Source: Phoronis australis (Eukaryota > Animalia > Phoronida). From it: 64,000 nucleotides of DNA. The DNA is taken from the NCBI GenBank assembly GCA_002633005.1, contig NMRA01000130.1:413243-477242 (forward strand), written 5' to 3'. The stretch's first letter is position 1. Each line of letters begins with the position of its first letter. Below, in pieces: positions 11,601 to 23,600 of the stretch. The notes under the pieces are model-generated. The model was given only the letters and a program-made list of their open reading frames with translations, had not been told where the DNA came from and did no database searches. A program made the position numbers and the translations under genes.

Positions 11601-14600
11601 TCTTCAGCATGTCTTGTAGAGCTGGCACCTTACATAACTCCTGTAAATGAAAACACACCATGAGTGATACTAGCAGAAACACGATCAAGGTGGAGGATAG
11701 TCTCGAACCCAGACTCTACAGGCATTTGTGCCAGGTGTAGAACTCTGACATCTGGTTCTCGATTGGTCAGTCAATGATGAGGTCAATCAATTTATTCCAA
11801 TTAGCCGAACATTAAAATATGCTTTTGTAACCGTAACTGGTGAAACTTAGTCATAATCCAGGAGATAAATGAGAAGACAAAAGTAGTCCTATTCAATTGT
11901 TTCCCCTTTCCCTGCTCACATAAAGGTTATCCAATGTTTGTCACTGAATTATTACAGAGAATGACATCTCCAATGTTAATAGTTTTGAGTTTCAGACTAC
12001 TACGTGGAGTACAGACAGGCGTCCATTAGATGTATCACAAAGAACAAGAAAATCACCATTTTGTGAGTCCGCTCAAAAATAGTTCGGCAAAGAGATAATT
12101 TATGAGAACAGGGAGAAGAAGAAGAAGTAATCAAAAGCAGAATTATTTGCTTGGCATTGCTCCTGATACCCGATATTACAAGATGTCTTGCTTTTTGCGT
12201 CTAACAATACTGCACATGGTTATACATGTAACAATTAATCTAGTAAGAAAATGAGCTACCGTTGACTTACAAAGTAAATATGCTAGGGATGTTCTGAATG
12301 AAGCTAGCAGAAAAAAGAGAACTTGTGAAAAAAAATTGCCATACAGAATGAAACTCTAAGTGGCCAAATATTGCTCATTGAAACTGGAAGCAAACGTGTG
12401 ACCCAGTTTAGATTGCTTCAAGAAAGTTGCCAGTATCACTCCATGTGAGTGGTAAGCTAGGGGTTGGGAGATTTGAACCATACAGCACATGGGTACCTTA
12501 GGTGGACCTATGAACAGCTTTAAAGTATTTCCTGACTTTTACCACGTGAGAGCCATTTCTGAGCTGCAGCACTCACTATTAACCACAAAAATAGGCTACA
12601 GTAATTCTAAACCAATTTTGCACAACAATAATTAATTGCCAAAAATGTGAATTTGTGAAAAGAACATATCCACAAAATTTAAAGAACATGCATCCAAGGG
12701 TTTTGGAGATACAGCAGCAGATGCTGGGCGGACACTGAAAGGACGTCGGACAGACAGAGATGACGGCATACTGCCCCCGCATACTCATGTGTCGGCACAC
12801 AGAAATGGTCCTACCTGGTAAGGAGTCATTGTCAAAAATACTGAATTGAACCATTTTATAATGAAAAGTGCACGCATAATCCTTCATTGAACATTGTAGC
12901 TATCACGAGAAACATTTTGTTTTTCCAAAATTTCGGCCAAATTAAGATGCATTGCAAAACACTAGGTGTGGTTACATACGTATGTTTCATGTAATACAAA
13001 AATTAAATTATTCTAAGTTAATCAATTTGGCCACTAGGGGTTGCTGCATGTCAGGATGAGCAAAGTTGATGATATTGTATTTTTATAAATTAACATGAAA
13101 TAAGAAAAATTATTTAGATCTGCCGAGTGATTTTCAAATTTTTCAGAAATAACATAGAAAATAAATCTCAAACTAAAAGAGGCAATCCAGATCCTCTAAA
13201 GGATACACTTGAATAAATCTCTGTTGACAAAGGATGCTATTATATCTGAAAATTTTAAGAGATCCATTTTTGTTGTTTTATTTACGTATATTTATTCAGA
13301 AATAAAAAATGTTGAACTTTTTAGTAACCCATTGTCCTCTATGACATGTCAAAAAACTATCGGACAAAATCCCATTTTACTTGTCAATTGAGCTGACTAA
13401 TTCATTTCAGTAGATTGAGAGTTAAAGTGCAACTGTTACACCATATCTAAATTTTTTGCTACTTTTTTATAAGTAAGGCAATTTAAAAAACGTAAAATAA
13501 CACTTGAATGAATGCAGAGCATGACATTCACAAGGTAGCGCTAGTGAGACAACAGCAGATTCTCAGACAGTGATTCCCAGACACTCAGCCATCACAACAG
13601 TTATCTTGATATGTCTAATATACATTGAACTCTGAAAGTGATAAGCGGGTGAATTTAGTGCATCACATTCATTTACAAAATGAGTTTGTCACCCGGAGGC
13701 AAATTTAATATAACTTAGATAATAATACATAATTAAAATGACAAACGTTTCTTGTCACACATGTCACGAAACTTGGAGAATGACAAGGGCACGCGAAATG
13801 CTTGGGATAGGTCTTTTCTTGGTGATGGTCCAATACAGTGGTGCCGCCACCAATGATCAAACCGATGTAGTGAGAGAACTGAAGAGGCTTCAGATGCAAA
13901 TTCAAGGATTCCAAATGCAACTGAGCGAACAGCTGAACATGCAGAAGGCCCAGATAAGCGCAATGGAAAAGCAGTTGGGCAATGAGCTTCAAGCCACCCA
14001 AGTGGAAACGTCTACGATGAAAACTAGCCTCAAGTCAGTTCAGTCCGAGATGACATCGATGGCCGACCAACTAAAAACCTTGCAAATGAACATGCAATCG
14101 GTAACAGCTAGCACAACAGTAGCTGAAACCGAGCTGTCGGCTCTTCATGCCGAAACGAAAGCAGTGCAGTTTGGAATGGCAACGATCAACCAAAGAGTAG
14201 AAATGGTCGACGGCAAGATGTCGACCACAACATCCCTACTCAACCAGTACAAAGATGCAGTGGCCTTATGGAGTCAAAAGCAAAACCAATGTTGCCTGAC
14301 AACACAGAAGTACATATCCAAGGCAACCACAACCACACAAATCACTACAAAAAATACAGTGACCGCACCCACTTCAACTAAGCCAATCGCAACAACCACA
14401 ACCACTACTACTACTAAACAGACCACCCCATCCACCACGCCGACTTTCAAGCCACTGACAGGATGTCCACAAAGCTTCATCCAGTTTAGACAGTCCTGCT
14501 ACAAATTGACCAACACCCCTACTTTATCATATGCGTCGGCACTGGGTCAATGCAAAAGTTTCGGAGCTCATCTTTTAGAGATAGGTTCAGTGCAAGAAAC

Positions 14601-17600
14601 AAACTTATTGAAGTTATGGGTACTTCTAAAGGCAGCGCGCTATTCAACATTGTGGATTGGTGGCAACAAAATTGGAAAGGATGGTATATGGAGATGGCAG
14701 TCTACAGGTGACAAAATTTCATACACCAACTGGAACGCAGGTAAATTATGATGCACAATTCAATTATTGCAAAAATGTTTGTTGAGTTTTAACAAAAACT
14801 ACAAAATGGACCGTGCTTAAAAGGAAACTAAACCCTTTTTTGATTTCAGCCAAATCCTCATTCTTTCACCAACTAATGCATTATTGGCATCAATTTTGAA
14901 CGATAAAAACTCCACTCCCTACCTCACAGTTTGGACATTACGGTTCTTGGTGGGTGGTCTTTCCAGCAGTTGCCTTGTAATTCGCTAAAATCGTAGGCCA
15001 CATTTGCCCATTTAGAAGACTTGGAAAGAAGTTATCAATTTTTTCTCCAAACTCTTGAGGGTTTTCGAGGGTTACAGAGCATTATTTTATTTCAGAGAAC
15101 TTTACGGGAAAGTCGTTTTTAATAGGCCAAAACCGGGTCTGGTATTCTTTTAAGCTTTCGACAGGCAACTGCAATTAACAAGTGAAATAACCTAAAAGAT
15201 CAATATTAACATAATAAAATGTCCAACCTTTCATTTAGAACACAATATAATGACAGCAAAAATCAATTTTGAATATCTGAATAAAGAAAAAATTTACTTA
15301 AAGCCATTATAAACCATATTCTGATGTCAAATACATTATCTACAGGCATATTTGTTCTTTCAAAGCGATGCCATCAGGTTAACCTTACCTAGCCTGATCC
15401 CAACAATCAAGGATTTACGAAATTGTTGTTGTGACCCATGAATATTGAAAAAGAAGTCAAATACGGCAATTATGTTTCTTACGTTACAACTAAGAGGCAA
15501 AGATTGCTGGAAACTATTAACTATAGTATTGTTTATTGTTTCTGTTTCGTGATTGAGTCGCGTACGTGTATTTGTGTATCCTCTTTCATTAATGTTGCTG
15601 TAATATGCACTATGGGCCTATCGCATCATGGAGAAATTTTGTCAGAGTTTGCCATGCCTTTGTGTTTTGGTTATCACGGGGTTGGGGAAGGAAGGGAAGC
15701 GTCAACTGGACTTATCAGGTGTTGCCATGGCATTCTAACACGAGTGCATACAGTGCCATTCCTGTCTTATGGGTCAATAAATGGGGAGTGATGCTGGGTC
15801 TGTACTAAACACCATATGCTCTGTTACAGATGCACCACTTAGCATTACAGGACTAGACTGCATGTATACCTGTAAAAGACACTCCTTCAAATGGCATAAT
15901 GCTTTGTGCAACGAGAAGAAAGGATATATCTGCGAAGCAGAGCTTGCATAATGAAATCAATACAGCACATGACTAAGACGGTTGTCAGTGTTTAAGGTGA
16001 CGGCACTTAAAGGGATACTAAACCCGGTTTTCGTCAATGACCAGACATTGACTACGGCCTGCTCATATTCTTTAAAATGCAATAATCCTCTGATACTGTT
16101 GTCACTCCTTGACACTTTGAAGAAAGTTTGAAAACTCCTTATAAAGTCAGCTAAATCAGCAAGTGTGACTAAAACTTTAGGCGAGTTACACAACCAGAGT
16201 GGTGGGAAAGGACGACTTCTTCAAAACACAAAATCTAATTCATGATGACGTGGGAAAGTGCCTTAGTTAAACAACAGTGCACTCTAGAACATGACAAAAC
16301 CACCTGTTGGACATTTTCGTCAAAACTAGGTTTAGTATCCTTTTAGAACAGGGCAGCAGGCCTTAATTTTGGTACCAGGATACTCCAAGAAGAAATAAAA
16401 ACAGAATTTATGCATTAATTAATAATTGCTTTTTCATCCACTAGAATAAATTTCAACTTTAGTTTTGCACGCTCCACCCTATTAGCATCACTATGTACAC
16501 TTTCATAATTATACAAGTTCTGAAAATCGTGTCAATCACATCATTCATTTAATCAAAATTCATACGGAGAAGCTCTAAACTTACTAAAACCTCAAAATAA
16601 TTATTATCTATTGTTTCAATATGCTTATTTATTGATGATTCAAACAAAGGTTAGGCGCATAAGGAAACAATGAAACGAGATGTTTGGTGGCATACATGAA
16701 AAAACAGTCATCCTACCAAACAGATAAATCAATGTAGTCTAGTAACCACTCCTTGGGATCCTTATCTACGAATGCACCCAAGCAGATTTAATATCGACAT
16801 TCATGTTCTCACTTTATGAGAGCAAGATAATCAAAATAGGACCCCGTCTTTAAAAGCGTCACCAAGTGAACTGTCAAATTATGTTACACCATACGTTTAT
16901 GGAGTACAATTTAAGGTTATGTAAGACCTCATCTTTGCAATCAAATTGTTTCTAAGAAAATCATAAAGTCCTATATTTTGGGAGCCCCTAATGCAAAAGT
17001 GGAATATTATGAAAAATTCCTAACAATGCTTTGGAGAATAGTGAATAAATCATAGTATCTTTAAGTTTCACACAAATTTGATCATCCATTTATGACATGA
17101 TGATCAAAATTTAGCAAAATTCTGACATTTTTCTAGGACCCTACATAAACTTAAATTGTGAAAGTTAAAAATTCTCTAGTGTGAGGCAGTGTAAAATCAG
17201 TTATTTTGGTCAAGGTCCCAGTGCATAAAAATTTTCAAAATAGGTAATATGGGCCGTCCCAGATTTAAGAATAACAAACTTTTACATCAGCAGATATATT
17301 ATGTGATTTTATCTCACACTCAGTTATTGTAGAATGTAGTGTCCAATATTTGAGAAATGTGACGCCAAAATTACTCGTGTCCTACATTTCAGATACAGGA
17401 AAATGGAATGTTGGCTTGAATTTCGGTGTCGCAAATTTTGAGACTTTCCCGACTTGAAAAATTGGACCATACCACATATATCACAGATTCAGTACCTGCA
17501 CTTGGCATCATAACATTTATTTGACTTACTGTGTTGCTTAGTAGATAAATTGAAACAACTAAGATATCAATAACTCATCTTTACCTTAAAATATCTTTCC

Positions 17601-20600
17601 ATACATGGATGTATTTTGACCCATGGTTTGTATGTGAAGCAGTGCCTATATCTTGACCCTACGGCTGAAACACTTGAATAAGACACCAAAGGGCAAACTT
17701 TTACGTAACACACAATAATTCTCCCGTTATTCAGGACACAATATGGCCGACGAGTGAAACTTTAATTTGTCAAATTTCTCCAAAAGAATAAAGACTAAGA
17801 AAATTTTAGTCGATTACTGGCACAGTTTGTAATCTGTAGATTTTGCAAAACAACTTTGGTAAATTTTCCATTATTTGTATTACAGTAATAAGCCTTTGAA
17901 AAGGGGAAAATTATGAATTTGTCAAATATTTTTATGCGCAATAAGTGAAACCTTATCTATCTGCTAGAAAATAGTAGACTTTGACATTTTCATTATTTGT
18001 CGTAATCAGCCTTAGAAAATGAGAAAACGATAAGTTTATGGATTAATTTCACGCAAAATAACTGGAGATTTACCACAAGAAAAACTTGACTTATTCGTTA
18101 CTTAACGACAGTTTGATGAGAATTCAATCCTAAGAACTAATTTCAAACTCATCAAGGTTTATGAGGTCATTAAAATGAAAAATTTTGACAGTATTGTGTT
18201 TTACATGTCTAAAGCTTACAGCTGTCAAAAAATAATCAAAACTGGACGTATTTTGACCCACGAGTAGCCAACGTTCTTCAAAAGCGATGAAAGGCCATTT
18301 TAATGGTGTACTCTTTCCTACTAACAAAAGATGACCACACTCTGTCTGACAACTGAAACTATATCATAAATTACCCATAGATCAATCATTTCAATTTTTA
18401 CAAACTATTTCACTTAGGCGGTGGTGTAACGCCACCGACACACTGAAAATAATTGAGATTTATCTCCCCATTTGCTCCTAATTGACTCGATTGATTGAAA
18501 AACATGTCACACGAATCAATCATCATGGCTAAGAACATATTCAGGGATGCCAATCTTTCCTCCTCACAGTCTCTACGGACCTTCTCATTTACAGTGTTCT
18601 TTTATAATTAATGCAATTATTTTCAGATGAGCTGTATTTTTTCGCATCAATCAAAAATCATTTCTTACAAGTTCTTTTCTCAATGACCACATTTTTTTCT
18701 CAAGAATAGAGTTCTCCCCGCGACAAATTGTCACTTCGAGGGGCAACTTCCATAATTTTGCCACTTAAATTAAAGCATGGTTAGGAGGCCTTTTTTCTAA
18801 TGAACAGAACCAAGATCGACGGATAATATTCAGAAAGATATAAATTTGTACAAATATTCTTCAAAATACTGGTGAATTGTTTTAAACACCTAAAGCGAGT
18901 TGGAGGTTGGCATAGGGTTTCTCCGGCATGGAAACTTTCGCTCAAGACAACAAACTTGGCAGAATTGGAAAGCGAGTGTTAACAGTGTAATCCCAAGTGT
19001 CAAATGAGTTCCATGTCATCCGATAAAATTTGAGAGAAGATGAACAAATACATTATGTAAATCAACCTGCCATTAATAGCATGAATAGGAAAATAATTAG
19101 ATGTGCGCAGCATGAAGTCTTTTAGTTCATAAAGGGAAAGAACAGGCATTTGGACGGTATGAATGAATAATGTCATGTTGAGGTAGGCGAGAGAAGATCT
19201 ATGTTACTGGGCAAAGAATTGTTGTTACGATCAAATCAGTTAACTAGAAAGAAATTGGGTTAGTAAGATATGAATAGCTGTTGATGAGAAAAAAGCGACA
19301 GTTTGTAAGAAACGAACTGGGTTAATGAGAAAACGAAGCTGTTAATGAGAGCACGAGGAAGGAAGACTTGCACTACACGCAGTGTGTCGATAAAACAACT
19401 CCCTTATCAAAAGATTTCGATGAAGACTAAGATAAAGAAGGAGTCAATTGACAACGTTCAGAGGGGTGTCGACTGATCCGATACCGACGAATGCACTGAT
19501 ACAGTACATCCCTACCAGCTGATACAGTCATTATTTTAGTGAGAGATGCAGGAACAGGGACGACCAAATGACCACGAGTGAGGCCAATTTTCTGCTCATA
19601 TATTACCTTTTCCACTTGTATTTTCGAGCGTTTACTAGTTTATGTCAAGCCATACATACCGTAGAAATTATATATCTAAGAGTCGAGTCAAATCTGTTCG
19701 TGTTAACTAAATTCTCCATTTCTGTAGTCACGTGACCAGGCATTTTTATGGGGAAAATGTCATTTTTGAAAGGCACATCAATAGGGAAACTCCAACTATG
19801 AACCAGTTTTCCTTAGACAGACTAGAAATGATTTCTGGCCTCGAAAAGACCTGAGAGTTCACAACGATTTCATGCATAAAACGTGCACCTGATTCAAGTC
19901 AACTCAATGAGCCCGGTCTTGCACAGTGACAAACATTTAGTTCTTCCCAAGTCCACAAACAACTTCAAGTACCAGTATGGGACAAGTTGAGAAAAATTTT
20001 TATGATCATATCAGATTGAAATTAAAAGTTCAGATGAATAATTCAATAGGAATATAGTCCTGAATTAAACTATCAATCATTATCAACCCAAGCTCAGTCA
20101 ATCAAAGATATCTAGAGACACCAAAGCTTCAAAAGCACACCACGCCAGCTTTTAACTCCCTCTCCCCCAGTGTACGTTTCATACGCATTTGTGGATAATC
20201 ACGCACAATCCTTAAAAGGATACTAAACCCTGTTTCGCTGATTTTGACCAATCCTCTTTCTGTCACCAGCTGATGAATCACTGGCCTCTCACTTGAGTGA
20301 TAAAAGCAGAATTCAACTAAAAAGTTGTGTTCCTGTGTCACACGATAGAATACCATGACTCTTATTGGGTGGTCTTTCTCTACAGTTGTCGCATAACTCG
20401 ACTAAAGCGTAGGTCCTGCTTGCCCATTTAGCAGACTGTGAAAGGAGTTCTCAAATTTTTCTTCAAACTTTTGAGGGCTAACAATGGTTACATAGCATTA
20501 CTTTGTTTCAGAAAACTAAATGGGGAAAGTCGTTTTTAACAGGCCAAAACCAGGTTTCGTATCCTTTTAAGACAAATTTCTATCTTCTTCAATAAGTGAC

Positions 20601-23600
20601 AAAATGATCGATTACCTCTATCCTGGAGTCCCACTCCTTGACAAACTCCTTGTCCACCTCATCCTCTGACAGACTCAGCACAGTCTTGAAAGCCTGCAGG
20701 TAAGTCTGGAAGTCCATATTGGTGAACAGGTGTATCTGTCGATGGGAGAAACGAGAGCGTACTCTCTTCTCCAATAGCTCGACGACATCCTACAACGTAA
20801 CAACGCCGAAGTATATGTGGCCAATTACCAACATGCAACATGACTGTTGATGCTACTTGGTATGCACATGTTTAAAGTTATTCAGGATCTTAAACAACAA
20901 ATTTGCTTTTAGCCAAATATTTCCAAAACTTTAAAATTTAACTTCGCAAAGGTATATTTTTGTGAAACCAGTTTTCCAAATAATCATTTACTTTTCATTT
21001 TACGCAACCTGTGTTGACGAACTAAACATCGTTTTTCATCAAAATCATAGAAGACTTATTTTTGAGAGCCCCTCATGCAAAACTGGAATGTTTTAAAAAC
21101 AACTGCTAACAACATTTCAGAGAATAGTGAATAAAGCATAATATTTGAAAATTTAAATTGAATAGAATCAGCCATTTCCTAAATAAGATGATCTAAATTT
21201 AGTCAAATTTGGACATTTTTCTAGATTCCTAAATAACCTGAACTTCCCAATCAATGGAGGCCACGCTTACAGCACAAACATTATCGCCACTACTTGTCTA
21301 CTGCTGTTAAATGTAAGTGTATTACTTGTGATTTGTTATGCTTAGTTTCCGCCAAACTGTCAAACTAATTCATCTCCCAAGATAATCCCAGAATGCATCA
21401 CAATACTCTCCAACTCGAGAAAAAGAGTTAAAAACGTATTATTCTGAAAAATTCCCCATTCACTGCACATGGAATGAAATGGAAGTATCAGAAGAAAAAA
21501 TCACAATTTGTATCCTACTCACCAGGTGGCATGACAGTCCAACTACACAGATGGGGGTCTGTGCTGATTGGGCAACATCGAATAAGTTGTAGAGCAAAGT
21601 CTGGTTCTTGTGGTGTGTGAAAGCATCAAACTCATCTAACACGAACAGGATGGTCTTACTCTTATGTCCTCCTGAAATAAGTCCACAGTTGATTCAAGCT
21701 ACATTTTTACACCACAAATACTGTCAAATAGTAAACTTTTGGATAACAAAATTCACGATTTGCAAATGAATTTCAGCTGCTTCCCAATTACGAAAAAAAA
21801 TACACTCCAGAAAAATATGAAGCTTTCGATAAATCAGGATCAGCAAATTTCTATGACATTTAATGCTTTTCTACAAAATGTAGGAGACCTTTGCCGAGCT
21901 AGCATCATGGTTACATCATCACTTACCACTTCTTAAAGAATCCAACAAAAACTGCAAGTTTTCAGAAAACGAACCCTGCAAAGATACCACAGTCTCTCGC
22001 ATTATGCTGGCAAACATTTAAACAAAATAGTATAAAATAATTCTAAGTTTAATGAAATTGTGTTTAATGGACAGGAACGATTAAAGCCACTCACACAACA
22101 ATCACAAAACCACCAATTTTAATTTAAAATATTTAATTTCACAACATGAATCAGTTAAACGACCACCACTTGGTTAACAGTATCACAAAGAACACAAACC
22201 CACTTTTTCAACAAAAACACAAAAATGTTTCCATACAAGCATTCTATGTGGCTTTAAGACAGACATCCCACCCCATCAAACCATCCTTTGTAAAATCTAC
22301 TCTGAATGACCTGTCTCAGGCAATGAAGTTCTAGGCTAGGGTTTATGGTAATTCGTTCAAAGACATCGTCAGTCTCAAAGATATCAAGACCCAAACGGCA
22401 TCCGAAAACCCTCAGGTATTTTCGTAGACTCCAGCTATTTCCCAGAGGAGTTTAATATCTGCGTGCAAGTGTGAACTTCAATCGTAACAGAAAAGGTATC
22501 TCACTGACAGATGGTTAAAAATCCTGGCTATCAGTCAATAACATTTCAAGTGATAGGCAACGTCGTTCTCAATTCTTAGTAAATCTCCTCATGTAATATT
22601 AACTCTCGTTAAAACCTGTTTATCACAGGGGTATCACGGTACATCCGAAGGCATTCTCTATTTTAAGAGTCATGTGACATGCAGTAGTGATTGAACTTTG
22701 CATATGCACAGATATGAATCAGGGAAAACTTGAGGCTACGGCAATACCTGAGGGGTTCAGGACGCCCAAATGGTTTTTACGAAAACTGCGATAAACCAGT
22801 GTTACATCGAAGGAAAAAAATTTGAATTAGAATACTTACCACTTATTCCTTATTCATATGAGAAGTAATACCTGGTGAGCAAAGAACACGGTTTGTTATT
22901 CCTAGAGACCGTGCTCGCCAAATAAAGTGACACGCCGTGACAAGCCAACTTGAAGGGGTTGATCTCAAGCAATAACAAAACGTCAGTTCTTTCCAAACAA
23001 AGAATTCTTACCCATTTCGACTAAGGAACGATATAAGACCAATTCCGTTACCATGAGTGGCCTAACTCAAAGATTGTTTTCTGTGACGAAAGCAGGTTTA
23101 CAGCCACTCTAAGCTGACTAATTTAAGACATCAAGTCAAAGCATGTGAGAATGTGATCTCAAATCAACTTGAGAATGATTCCAGCATTGAATGCAAAATA
23201 TTAACAAAACGCCAAGAGGAATCAGAAAGTTGGACACTTCTTACAGTGCAATTCCACGGTATATTTGTACATAGTGGGTTTCGAGTTGGAGTTCCCAAGT
23301 ACGAGTGAACGCTACTTACAAATACTTTGTCTCCAACAGTATTCTCCAGGTGAAGTTGTCGTGTGATCTCTTTCAGGGCAATTCTGTCGTCAGTCTGCAC
23401 AAAACCTTCAACAGGAAAAAAATTACGGCAGAATTTAGCAATTCCTGTATGCCTTAGACCAGTGCATGTGTGCCAGATATTGACTGGTTCTAAAACAACT
23501 GTGTTCACAACTGTCACAATACCAACACAGATTTTTCACAAATTTACAACAAAAAAACAAGCACAAAACCCACCAACAATAGTGAAACTAATTTTAAAAA

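Noticed and set aside
13705-14480. Minus-strand ORFs overlapping the lectin (including a poly-Val ORF)
   Set aside because: They are antisense shadows of the lectin coding sequence and its Thr-rich stalk.
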